Shown piece by piece: positions 22,593 through 34,087 of a stretch of 64,000 nt of DNA. Under the pieces are notes generated by a model. That model saw nothing but the letters and a program-made list of their open reading frames with translations, was not told the DNA's origin and did not search any database. Source of the stretch: Macrostomum hystrix (lineage: Eukaryota > Animalia > Platyhelminthes); the NCBI GenBank assembly GCA_950097015.1, contig CATNEN010000003.1:5642001-5706000 (forward strand), in the 5' to 3' direction. A program made the position numbers and the translations under genes. Numbering within the stretch: position 1 is the first letter of the stretch; each line of letters begins with the position of its first letter.

Positions 22593-25500
22593 GCGGGTCA
22601 CATCTCCACTTCTCATCGCCGGCAACAGCAAGACAAATGGGGCGTGTTGAGCCTTATTGAACCTGATCTTTGGGAACGAATTGCTTGGGCTGTGGTGTTT
22701 GGTAACAATGGAACCGAGGCTATTCTAGTGACTGGTTCAAACTGTACTGACCTCGGCTGTAGGGTGCTCAGCGTTGGCACCAATTCTAGTGGCTGCCTCG
22801 GACTGGGAGACGCGCAGAGCTGCTTGACACCGACCGAGGTTTGTGTTGTAACTTTTTATTAGTTGTGTCGGTGCTTACTTTTACAATGGAAACTAGTGTT
22901 TCTTGTTACTATTGCTTTTCTTCTGCGTACAGTTTAAGAAGTTCCCTGATCGAGACCCGATCAGGCCAATGGAGTGAGGTGGGTGTTTGACTGATGGAGT
23001 GAGGTGGGTTTCTAACAATCGGAGTGAGGTGGGTGTCTGACAAATAGAGTGAGTTGGCCGTTCGACCCATGGAGTGAGGTGAGTGCCTGGCCAATGGAGT
23101 GAGGTGGGTGTCTGACAAATAGAGTGAGTTGGCCGTCCGACCCATGGAGTGGGTGAGTGCCTGACCAATCGAATGAGTTGGTCGTTCGACCCATGGGGTG
23201 AGGTGGGTGTCTGAGCAATGGAGTTAGGTGGCTGTTTGACCAATCAAGAGAGGCTCACAGAGTTTCCCTCACTCATTCTAATCGATAAATTAGATTGACG
23301 TTTTTCGCGGCGTCGAACTAGCCGATGTGGCCTGCGGCTCCGGTCCGCACTGCTTGGCCCTGACGACAGACGGCAGACTCTATTGCTGGGGCCACAACGG
23401 CTACGGCCAGCTGGGCAACGGTGGCACCAGCCAGCTGCTCTCGCCGGCTCCCTGCGTCGGTCTGGACGACGGTGCCAAAGTTCTGGCGGTCGCATGCGGC
23501 GGCAATCACTCGCTGGCCCTGGTGGCCACGGGCCTGGTGGGTCCTGCCGACTGCAGCCAGGGCGAAGTGTTCGCCTGGGGCCAGAATAACTACGGCCAGG
23601 TTGGCTGCGGCGCTGCTGCGGCCACTCAGGCCACACCTCGACGTGCCGGCGGCTCATTGGCTAGCGGTCGGCCTGTGCGGCTCGTGGCTTGCTGCCAGGC
23701 GTCTTCGTTTGCTGTGGACGAAGCCGGTGAGGTCTGTGCCAGATGGCATCACTAGCATGCGTGTCTGTCCGCTCTTCCGTCCCCGTATCTGTCCGCTCTT
23801 CCGTGTCTATCCGCTCTTCCGCCCCTGTGTCTGTCCGCTCTTCCGCCCCCGTGTCTATCCGCTCTTCTGCCCCCGTGTCTTTCTGCTCTTCCGTCCCCGT
23901 GTCTGTCCGCTCTTCCGCCCCGTGTCTGTCCGCTCTTCCGTCCCCGTATCTGTCCGCTCTTCCGCCCCCGTGTCTATCCGCTCTTCCGCCCCCGTGTGTG
24001 TTTCCCACTCTCCGCCCCCTCTTGAATACCCGCTCTTCCTTCCGCCCCCTTGTGCAGGTTCACGCCTGGGGTTTCAACGGCAGCGGCCAACTGGGCACAG
24101 GCGGTTGCGCTAATCAGCCGCTGCCTGTCAGGCTGGACAACTGGCCGAGGGGCGGCTTGTCCGCCTCCGGCTGCGGCGGCGGTATCGCTCGTCTCGCCTG
24201 CGGCTTGGGTCACGTGTTGGCCGTGTCAACCAGCGGTCGACTGTTTGCTTGGGGCGCCAATTCGCACGGTCAGCTGGGCACCGGGAGCAAGTCCAATGCT
24301 TCGGCGCCTACCTGCATAGCAGTGCCTGTGGCACATCAGGTCCAGGTACATCATTTGGTGACACTATCCTCTGTGGGCATTGCCTCCTTGCTGGCTGCGG
24401 GTCTAGTGTTGTGCCATGTGCCGCAGCCCTCCCGCAATAGTATATTTTTATTTACAGAAACCAGATCGAAACGACACAGTGGCCAGCAGCTGTGGCAGCA
24501 ACTATCGAGTTCTCGACATCGGCGCTGCACACTACAGCAACCTGTCCACAGCTGTGGTTACTTACACCGCCGCTGGCTCTTTAACAACAGCCGTCACGAC
24601 TCCCATTGTATTTGCCTGGGGCCACTGTCGCGGCCAGTCACTGTCTGTACCTGTGGCCACCAGATTCCAAGAATTAAACGACGCCTTCGCCAGCCTGTCC
24701 AGTCCAGCTGTGACCTGTTGCAAACTCCTACTTGCCGGAGGTTGCAGTAAGTTTAGACATTTTTTACCGTCAGCCAGAGCTAGTTTCTGTCGATGTTACA
24801 TTGGTCTGACTAGTTGGTTGTCTTAACAGTAGGACTACCAAGCCATTTTGCCAAGGGCAGGGGAATCCCCTCTGAGAGTTTTTAACAGCGTTGGGTGGTC
24901 ACTGATTGGCTGGTTGAGCTGCGTCTAATATTGAGGCTTGACCAGTCAAATTGGAGAAATTCGCCTAAGGGTGTCCATAGTTGCCTAGTTCCACCTGTTG
25001 TACCACCCCTGAAGGTCCAGCAGCTCCGTCTGGATAAAGGTAGGTGACCACCGAAGACGGAGATGATGCAAGCACATTCGCGTGACACGCTGATAAATTT
25101 TGAACGGGTTAGGAGTTTATAGGGGTGTATGAAATACACTAGCGCTTATGGGAAAAATAAGACTTTCTGCCAGAACCATTGAATATCTCGACGGTTCTGA
25201 AGAGCTGGCGACTTGATTCTTGTTTCAGAAGATGCGCAAAAAATCTAGAATCTGATTAATCTTGCAGAATCGGCTTCATTTGCCGGCGATCATTCGGGCG
25301 CCTCGGCGCCAACCGTCGCCGACAGCATCCGGCAGGCGTTCGACGACCCGGCCACCAGCGACGTGACCTTTCGCGTCGACGAGCGCGACATTCGAGCTCA
25401 TCGATCACTGCTGAGAATCCGGTGCAGACATTTTCGCAGTATGCTCAGCGACAGCTGGTCCGAGCACCGCCAGGAGGTCATCGAGGTTCGCGACTATTCC

Positions 25501-26533
25501 TACAGTGTCTACCGGGCCTTCCTGGAATACCTGTACACTGATACGGTTAGCCTGCCCGCTGACAATGAGCACGATGCCGCCGCTATTGGCTTGTTGGATC
25601 TGGCTAACTGCTACTGCGAGGCCAGGCTGAAGTGCCTCTGCGAGGAGCTCATTCAGCGACGTGTGTCAGTGGACAATGCCCTTGAACTGTACGCTGCAGC
25701 TATCAAATTCCAAGCTCCGGTTAGTTGTGCCTCACACCTGTGTCCTGAAGTGGGATAATTATCCCAGAATTTTTTTGCTATGACGTCACCTGAATCTGTA
25801 GTTTATGTGGGATAATACTCCTCAAGCTGTAGATTCTCTGGGATAATTATCCTCAAGCTGTAGTTTCTCTGGGATAATTATCCTCAAGCTGTAGTTTCTG
25901 TGGGATAATTATCCTCAAGCTGTAGTTTCTGTGGGATAATTATCCTCAAGCTGTAGTTTCTCTGGGATAATTATCCTCAAGCTGTAGTTTCTCTGGGATA
26001 ATACTCCTCAAGCTGTAGTTTCTCTGGGATAATACTCCTCAAGCTGTAGTTTCTCTGGGATAATACTCCTCAAGCTGTAGTTTCTGTGGGATAATACTCC
26101 TCAAGCTGTAGTTTCTCTGGGATAATACTCCTCAAGCTGTAGTTTCTCTGGGATAATACTCCTCAAGCTGTAGTTTCTCTGGGATAATACTCATCAAGCT
26201 GTAGTTTCTGTGGGATAATACTCCTCAAGCTGTAGTTTCTGTTGGATAATACTCCTCTAGCTGTAGTTTCTCTGGGATAATACTCCTCAAGCTCTAGTTT
26301 CTGTGGGATAATACTCCTCTAGTTGTACTTTCCTCCCTAGCGCTGATATATATGATATGCATATGCCAGCTTCTATTCGCATCAATTTTCAGACCCTAGA
26401 AAAGTTCTGTTTCAATTACGCCGTCTACAATCTGAGCGCTGTGGTGTCGGCTGACTCGTTTGGCCAGCTGGACGATGCCACAGCCAAGCAGTTTATTCGA
26501 TTGGCGGCCAAGGCTGGAGCTTTCAAGTACTGA
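22593..26533 (+). CDS. RCBTB1: RCC1 and BTB domain-containing protein; exons 22593-22838, 23294-23731, 24058-24345, 24458-24746, 25268-25719, 26393-26533; no genomic ATG in the first exon
   Basis: KW..LSL..AVVFG N-terminus, RCC1 repeats (CGSGPH..WGHNGYGQLGNG, WGQNNYGQVG, WGANSHGQLG), BTB domain (SDVTF..IRAHRSLLRIRCRHFRSM) and C-terminal AGAFKY*. Confidence 0.92.
22960..23245. repeat. Degenerate tandem repeat in RCBTB1 intron 1
   Basis: GGAGTGAGGTGGGTGTCTGAC-like units. Confidence 0.8.
23760..24050. repeat. About 21-bp pyrimidine-rich minisatellite filling RCBTB1 intron 2
   Basis: Unit CCGTGTCTGTCCGCTCTTCCG. Confidence 0.9.
24827..25243 (-). mobile_element. CAGTAG/TTAA element, copy C (truncated), in RCBTB1 intron 4
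   Basis: ttaa|CAGTAGGACTACC; homologous to 9133-9707. Confidence 0.75.
25750..26325. repeat. 31-bp minisatellite in RCBTB1 intron 5
   Basis: Unit GGGATAATACTCCTCAAGCTGTAGTTTCTCT. Confidence 0.95.
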
Positions 26534-26724
26534 CGTACCGGCTTTGCTGTCCGATGCTCGTTGCTGGCAAGAATTGAATCGACCTGAGTTCTGCTGGTGA
26601 TTCTGTTATTCCTGCCGGTTTCTGATTATATATTTTTGTTTTGTCCTTGGTGTAGGTACGATTGGCACCATGATATTATCGCATTGATCGCGAACATTTG
26701 CACTCTAATGCTAAAAACTCAATC

Positions 26725-27800
26725 CTGAGGGCCTTGAAGTTTCCGTTCTGAATCCCCAGTCTCTAAGGACCCTGAAGGTTCCGTTCTGAAACCCCAGTCT
26801 CTAAGGACCCTGAAGGTTCCGTTTTGAAACCCCAGTCTCTAAGGACCCTGAAGGTTCCGTTCTGAAACCCCAGTCTCTAAGGACCCTGAAGGTTCCGTTT
26901 TGAAACCCCAGTCTCTAAGGACCCTGAAGGTTCCGTTCTGAAACCCCAGTCTCTAAGGACCCTGAAGGTTCCGTTCTGAAACCCCAGTCTCTAAGGACCC
27001 TGAAGGTTCTGTTCTGAAACTCCAGTCTCTAAGGACCCTGAAGGTTCTGTTCTGAAACTCCAGTCTCTGAGGACCCTGAAGTTTCCGTTATGAAACCCCA
27101 GTCTCTAAGGACCCTGAAGGTTCTGTTCTGAAACTCCAGTCTCTGAGGACCCTGAAGTTTCCGTTATGAAACCCCAGTCTCTAAGGACCCTGAAGGTTCC
27201 GTTCTGAAACCCCAGTCTCTAAGGACCCTGAAGGTTCTGTTCTGAAACTCCAGTCTCTGAGGACCCTGAAGGTTCCGTTCTGAAACCCCAGTTTCTAAGG
27301 ACCCTGAAGGTTCCGTTATGAAACCCCAGTCTCTAAGGACCCTGAAGGTTCTGTTCTGAAACTCCAGTCTCTGAGGACCCTGAAGTTTCCGTTATGAAAC
27401 CCCAGTCTCTAAGGACCCTGAAGGTTCTGTTCTGAAACCCCAGTCTCTAAGGACCCTGAAGGTTCCGTTCTGAAACCCCAGACTCTGAGGACCCTGAATG
27501 TTCCGTTCTGAAACCCCAGTCTCTAAGGACCCTGAAGGTTCCGTTCTGAAACTCCAGTCTCTAAGGACCCTGAAGGTTCTGTTCTGAAACTCCAGTCTCT
27601 GAGGACCCTGAAGTTTCCGTTATGAAACCCCAGTCTCTAAGGACCCTGAATGTTCCGTTTTGAAACCCCAGTCTCTAAGGACCCTGAAGGTTCCGTTTTG
27701 AAACCCCAGTCTCTAAGGACCCTGAAGGTTCCGTTCTGAAACCCCAGACTCTGAGGACCCTGAAGGTTCCGTTCTGAAACCCCAGACTCTGAGGACCTTT
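26725..27800. repeat. 38-bp minisatellite downstream of the RCBTB1 stop
   Basis: Unit GGACCCTGAAGGTTCCGTTCTGAAACCCCAGTCTCTAA. Confidence 0.95.
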
Positions 27801-28939
27801 GAAATAAATATCGTGATATTCGCTTTCCTATTTTATTGTCAGCAACATAAATTGTTTTATTTCTACGCTCGCATATAAAAGTCTTGTGCAATCGGTTTTC
27901 AAGCACTCGGCCAAAATTCATCTATTGTTTTTTTTCTTTTTGCTTGAATAATTTTCGTTGCAGCTGATTTGTGATTTATTTTTTAATAAATTTATGACAG
28001 TTTTATATTAACTTTATTGTTTATGTTCACCTTGTTGATGTAGAACTGTAATATTTGTATGCAATTAATTTGTTTTACTTGCTAGCAATTCGTATTTAAA
28101 TTATTTTAAAATCGGACTGGATGTCCGTGAACTGGGGAGTCAGTTTTCAGTCCGTGGACTTGGCAGACCGTGTTTAGTCTGTAGACTGGGGAGTTAATGT
28201 TCAGTCTATGTACTGGGGCGTAGGGGACACAAATTCCTTTTCATTAGAAGCTGTGATTCGAACTCATGACCTGTCAGTCATAAGTGCGCTGCAAAATTCC
28301 TCAGTTGGCCTCTCTACCCGGACCTCCCTGGGGGATTTTTAGGAGCAGACAGATCTAGGGAAACAAGAGCTGCTTTTGAGTACACACGCCTAGGACATTT
28401 GGCCGTGAGTCTATATTGAGAGCCGCAGCGGAGACGAGTGAGGAAAATGCTGTCAGGAATGTACAGCTCCCTCTCCCTCTCTCTCCCTCTCTCTCTCTCT
28501 CGGTTGTCTGTTGAGTTTGTACAGTGTGAGCAGGCCGCGTACTTACTATATCTTCCCCTTATCCCTATAGTTTGAGCAGTCTTCCTGCTCGAACTGCTAA
28601 AACTGCTTAGCTGAGCTCAAACGATCTCTAGCAGCGTCTCAATCTTTTACTAAAGTGCTCAATTGATTCAATCAGGATTTGAACGATTCGGTGAGTCTGA
28701 AAGTTTATTTATTTATTTCAGCAATTCTATAATATAAGAGATTGTATTAGAAAAATGAAAACGCCTTAGAACTTTTCGAAACTTACATAAAAAATCAACT
28801 AAAGTACACAAAAAATGCTGAAATCACCCTTTATTAATCCCTAGAATAAATATTCAATAGGGATTAGAAATTTTGAAAAATATTATTGAAATCTTCCTAA
28901 TAACGTTTTAAATTATAATTTGGAAACTTAAATACTTGG

Positions 28940-29250
28940 TTAGAAGATTGAAATCCTGAATTATAAGATTGAAATCCTCAATTATAAGATTGAAATCCTA
29001 AATTATAAGATTAAAATCCTCAATTAGATGATCGAAATCCTCCATTAGATGATTAAAATCCTCAATTAGAAGATTGAAATACTCAATTAGATGATCGAAA
29101 TCCTCCATTAGATGATTAAAATCCTCAATTAGAAGATTGAAATCCTCAATTAGATGATCGAAATCCTCCATTAGATGATTAAAATCCTCAATTAGAAGAT
29201 TAAAATCCTCAATTAGAAGATTGAAATCCTCAATTAGAAGATTGAAATCC
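28940..29250. repeat. 20-21-bp minisatellite
   Basis: Unit GATTGAAATCCTCAATTAGAA. Confidence 0.9.
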
Positions 29251-29424
29251 TTAATTAAAATTCCTGTTATAAAATATCGAAAACATACTGCAGTTTCTAT
29301 AGTTCCGGATGTTCTGAAAGAAGTTGGCCAAATGAATATTGTTTTGAAGATAAAATCATTAAAAAGACATCTCAGTATAGCAGTTTATTCAAATTCTCAT
29401 AAATCCAATCGAAAGGCCAATCCA

Positions 29425-32400
29425 ATGTCCACCTACGGCTATAAAATCTGCGACTTGGCCTGCAAGCTCGTGTCCGAGATAGGCACAACCGGTAATGGGC
29501 TGGACTTTACTCGCTACCTCGCCGATAATCCGGACCTAATCAGGCGAGCCGCCACCTATCGACTGGAGCGGACGGAGCCGGACTGTTGCTACCTATGGTC
29601 ACCTGTGCACTGCGCCGCGAGGCACGGCAGGCGGGACGTGCTTGAGATCTTTCTCAAAGCCGCCTGCTGGCTGGAGAGCCAAGATGAGAGAAAGAGAGCA
29701 CCAGTGTGGTATGCGGCCAGATACGGCCACCTGGAGGTGGGTCTCACCTGTACTTTTCATTCCTTAACCCTAACTTATCTGTCATTACTTAGCCCCACTC
29801 TCTTATCTGTGACTCCTTAACCCACTCTCTTATCTGTGACTCCTTAACCCACTCTCCCTTCTGTGACTCCTTAACCCACTCTCCCTTCTGTGACTCCTTA
29901 ACCCACTCTCCCTTCTGTGACTCCTTAACCCACTCTCCCTTCTGTGACTCCTTAACCCACTCTCCCTTCTGTGACTCCTTAACCCCACTCTCTTATCTGT
30001 GACTCCTTAGCCCCACTCTCCCTTCTGTGACTCCTTAACCCCACTCTCTAATCTGTGACTCCTTAACCCCACTCTCTTATCTGTGACTCCTTAGCCCCAC
30101 TCTCTTATCTGTGACTCCTTAACCCCAATCTCTTATCTGTGACTCCTTAACCCCTATCTTTTATCTGTGATTCCTCACCTGGCAGGTGTTGCAGCTGCTG
30201 GTGGAGGCCGGGGTAAAGTTCAAATACGGTGACACTGACGGCTGGTCGCCCCTGCACGCCGCCAGTCGATATGGCCACCTTGCCGTCGTCCAGTTCCTGA
30301 TCCGGCACGACAGCCCAGTGAATCACTGCGACAGTTTCGGCTGGACTCCGCTGCACAAAGCAGTCTGGGGCGATCACCTGCAAGTCTGCCAGCACCTTGT
30401 CCGCTTCGGCGCCTCGGTCAACGCCGCCACCTTCAACGACCGGGTGACGCCTCTGCACCTGGCCTGCTACCGGGTGAACGCTAAGGCTACCAGACTCTTC
30501 ATGGCCAAATCTACGGACATTTCCCAGGGCACCGCCAAGGGCCTAACGCCGTTGATGGTGGCTGCTCAGCTCGGCAGTCACGAGCTCGTTGAGTACCTCA
30601 TCTTCTCGGGCGCCTCGCCGAATGAGCGGACCGCCTGGCACTCAACTCCGCTGCACTATGCAGCCGAAGCTGGGCACACCAGCGTTGTCACCCTGCTGAT
30701 GCGGAAGGGGGCAGATCCTGACAAGTCAGTGATAAATGTAACAACTGTTAGACACAATGTCATACCTGTTAGACACAATGTCATACCTGTTAGACACAAT
30801 GTCATACCTGTTAGACACAATGTCATACCTGTTAGACACAATGTCATACCTGTTAGACACAATGTCATACCTGTTAGACACAATGTCATACCTGTTAGAC
30901 ACAATTTAGGAAATGTTAGACAAAGAATAACACCTGTTAGACAATATAACACCTGTTAGACACAATGTCATACCTGTTAGACACAATGTAACACCTGTTA
31001 GACACAATGTAACACCTGTTAGTCACTATGAACTACAATGAGAAACATGTCAGACTGCTCGTGACACCGAATTCGCAGACAGAACAGGCACGGCTGGACT
31101 CCGTTCCTCCTAGCAGCTCGCCACGGTCATCGCCCAGTTTGTCGAGCCCTCCGACTCAAAGGCGCCAACACTGGGACAGTCCTGCGGCCTCACGGCTACA
31201 CGGCCGTCCACCTCGCCTGCCTGGCCGGTGATTTGGACACCCTGTCCTATCTGGTGGACAATCTCGAGCTGTCCGTGAATTGTCGCGACTCCAGGGGTCG
31301 CACACCAGTTCACCTGTGCGCTGTGCGCGGCTTCGAAGACTGTCTGCAGCTGCTGCTACAGCGGGGAGCCGCCATCGATGATAAGGACTTGCGCGGCCGC
31401 TCACCGGTTCGAGATTTTATCTTATCTTAATCTTTGGATTTTGGATAATCGATTAACAGTAGAAAGACCAGGGTGGTATTTCATATATCCTCATCTTTAC
31501 TTTTTCTGTATCTCCCAAAATATTCCACCAATCGCCATGACACGGGCTAAAATTTTCCGCTCTATCCGATGAATTCACTGTAAAGGCGGAAATTTAGATT
31601 CAGAGGGGACTTTCACGAAAATCAATAATTCGGTATTTAAGATCCCTCCCCCGTGGTCTTTCCCCAGGGTGGAAATAGCGTGGTTACATTGGGATAATTC
31701 CCTTTCCGCGGATGCCTGGAATTATCATTTCCGGGATTCCCCATAACGTAAATTACTTTCTTGGAATTCCCTTTTGGATTCCCTTTGGTATTACCCCCTT
31801 TTTAGTGAGAATCCCTTGGCCAATTGTAGCTCGTATCTTTTTAATTTACTGTTTTCTTTGAGCAATAAAAGGGCCAGGCCCCAAGCCTCGTCTGCATAAT
31901 GCAGTCAAATAATAAACCATAGATAATTCTCTATCTTGTGATTTCCCGTCCTTGAATCAAAATCCTTTTTAAGAAAAAACTTTTGTTGAATTACCTGTTC
32001 AGCGAATCACATTCTTGGGATTCCCTTTCTAGGATTTCCCTTCGAGATTCCCCTGTTTAGGATTTCCTTTCGGGATTTCCTTTTTGGATCTCCCTTTTTT
32101 GGATTTCCCATCGGGATTCCCCTGTTTAGGATTTCCTTTCGGGATTTCCTTTTTGGATCTCCCTTTTTAGGATTTCCCATCGGGATTCCCCTGTTTAGGA
32201 TATCCTTTCGGGATTCCCCTTTTAGGGATCTCCCTTTTTAGGATTTCCTTTCGGGATTCCCCTGTTTAGGATTTCCTTTCGGGAATCCCTTTTTGTGTGA
32301 ATCCACAGCAAATTCCATGACCGATTTCCACTTCCTACTTCCTTAGAGCAATGCCAGAAATATACATATATTTGAGCAAATTTCCGCTCGCAGGTTCATC

Positions 32401-32516
32401 TGGCCACCCTGGCTGGCTACATCTGCCTGGCCCGCAGCCTCATCCTGAACGGCGCCAGCCTGTGGGACGCGCTGAAGGCCCTGCTGTGGACGGCCAATAA
32501 GTTGAAGAGCGAGTAA
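29425..32516 (+). CDS. Ankyrin-repeat protein; exons 29425-29736, 30186-30724, 31079-31406, 32394-32516
   Basis: Many canonical ankyrin repeats (GWSPLHAAS, GWTPLHKA, VTPLHLA, GLTPLMVAA, STPLHYAA, GRTPVHL). Splice phases are consistent. Confidence 0.9.
29790..30175. repeat. 27-28-bp minisatellite in ankyrin gene intron 1
   Basis: Unit CTGTGACTCCTTAACCCACTCTCCCTT. Confidence 0.95.
30745..31022. repeat. 21-bp minisatellite in ankyrin gene intron 2
   Basis: Unit CCTGTTAGACACAATGTCATA. Confidence 0.95.
32015..32290. repeat. Degenerate GGATTTCC repeat in ankyrin gene intron 3
   Basis: TTAGGATTTCCTTTCGGGATTCCCC-like units. Confidence 0.8.
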
Positions 32517-33294
32517 CGCTGGGCTTTCCTAGAAAACCTGGGGTTTTTCGAGTTCGTTAATTTTACGGAGTAACGACTCTTTTAGCGTTCCTTTTTTATG
32601 AATATTTTGGCTTTTCTTTTATGTAGTGCAGGAGACACATGTAAGCGCATATCGTTAAAAAAGTAACGTTACTAGCGTTAATTATTTATTTAAAAAGCGT
32701 AACCTGTAATATTTCAAATTTTAAATCAATTTATTTCCTTTTTAACAGTAGCATCATTGCCAAACGATATAGTGAATAGCGTTAATTGTATTTGATGTAT
32801 CAGTTCACTTACTATTTCCTGTTGTGTATGCAACAAATAGTTACTTTCTATACTTTTTCTGACAAGAAAATTTGCTTGCGTACATTTCGTCGTTACTTTT
32901 TAATATCTTCTTTCGCTAAATTTTCGCAGAATTTAATATTTACTAATGTAGCTGCTACAGGTTAGTAAATTGCTATTAACGTACGTATTACTCGTAAAAA
33001 GTAACGGAATATAAAACTATTTCTCATAGAAAAGTTTTTTTGGGAACCTTTGTAATTGTTTGTGCTTGTGTATTTCATGTTTAAAAAGCAGAAATTAAAT
33101 TATTATTAACTGCAGTTTTACAATGACACATAATTTATTTACAACGTTAAGCTTGACTTGCAATGTACGCCAAACGAATATTTATCCAACGAGTTAGTTA
33201 GCAACTTCACAAATAAAATGCCAACTTAACTGCAACAATGTCAGCGAGAAAATATTGGAGACAAAAAATTAGAATGCATGAGAATGAAAACCAA

Positions 33295-33985
33295 CTCTCA
33301 CTCCTCTAATCTCATGTCTCACTCCTCTAATCTCATGTCTCACTCCTCTAATCTCATGTCTCACTCCTCTAATCTCATGTCTCACTCCTCTAATCTCATG
33401 TCTCACTCCTCTAATATCATGTCTCACTCCTCTAATCTCATGTCTCACTCCTCTAATCTCATGTCTCACTCCTAATCTCATGTCTCACTCCTCTAATCTC
33501 ATGTCTTACAACTCTAATCTCATGTCTCACTCCCCAATCGCATGTCTCACTATCAAATCTCATGTCTCACTCCTTAAATCTCATGTCTCACTCCTCTAAT
33601 CTCATGTCTCACTCCCCAATCTCATGTCTCACTCCTCTAATCTCATGTCTCACTCCCCAATCTCATGTCTCACTCCTCTAATCTCATGTCTCACTCCTTA
33701 AATCTCATGTCTCACTCCTCTAATCTCATGTCTCACTCCTTAAATCTCATGTCTCACTCCTCTAATCTCATGTCTCACTCCTTAAATCTCATGTCTCACT
33801 CCTCTAATCTCATGTCTCACTCCCCATTCTCATGTCTCACTATCAAATCTCATGTCTCACTCCTCTAATCTATTGTCTCACTCCTCTAATCTCATCTCTC
33901 ACTCCCCAATCTCATGTCTTACTACCAAATCTCATGTCTCACTCCCTAATTTCGAGTCTCACTCTCTCTAATCTCATGTCCCACT
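33295..33985. repeat. 21-bp minisatellite 3' of the PRPF31 stop
   Basis: Unit CTCACTCCTCTAATCTCATGT. Confidence 0.95.
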
Positions 33986-34087
33986 CTCACTGTCCGATCA
34001 CGCATCTCTCGCACTGAATCAAGTGTCCGTACCAGTTGAATCTCTGCTACACTATCAACAGTTTGAGGCTAAGATTCGACTATTCAT

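Noticed and set aside
28290-28400. Another two-hairpin RNA ending in ACAttt
   Set aside because: There is no ANANNA hinge and no clear pockets, so the evidence is insufficient.
31455-31662. Second TTAA|CAGTAG-started element (GAAAGACCA..TGGTCTTTC inverted match)
   Set aside because: It is a single copy, the right end and TSD are not resolved, and it has no internal homology to the other family.
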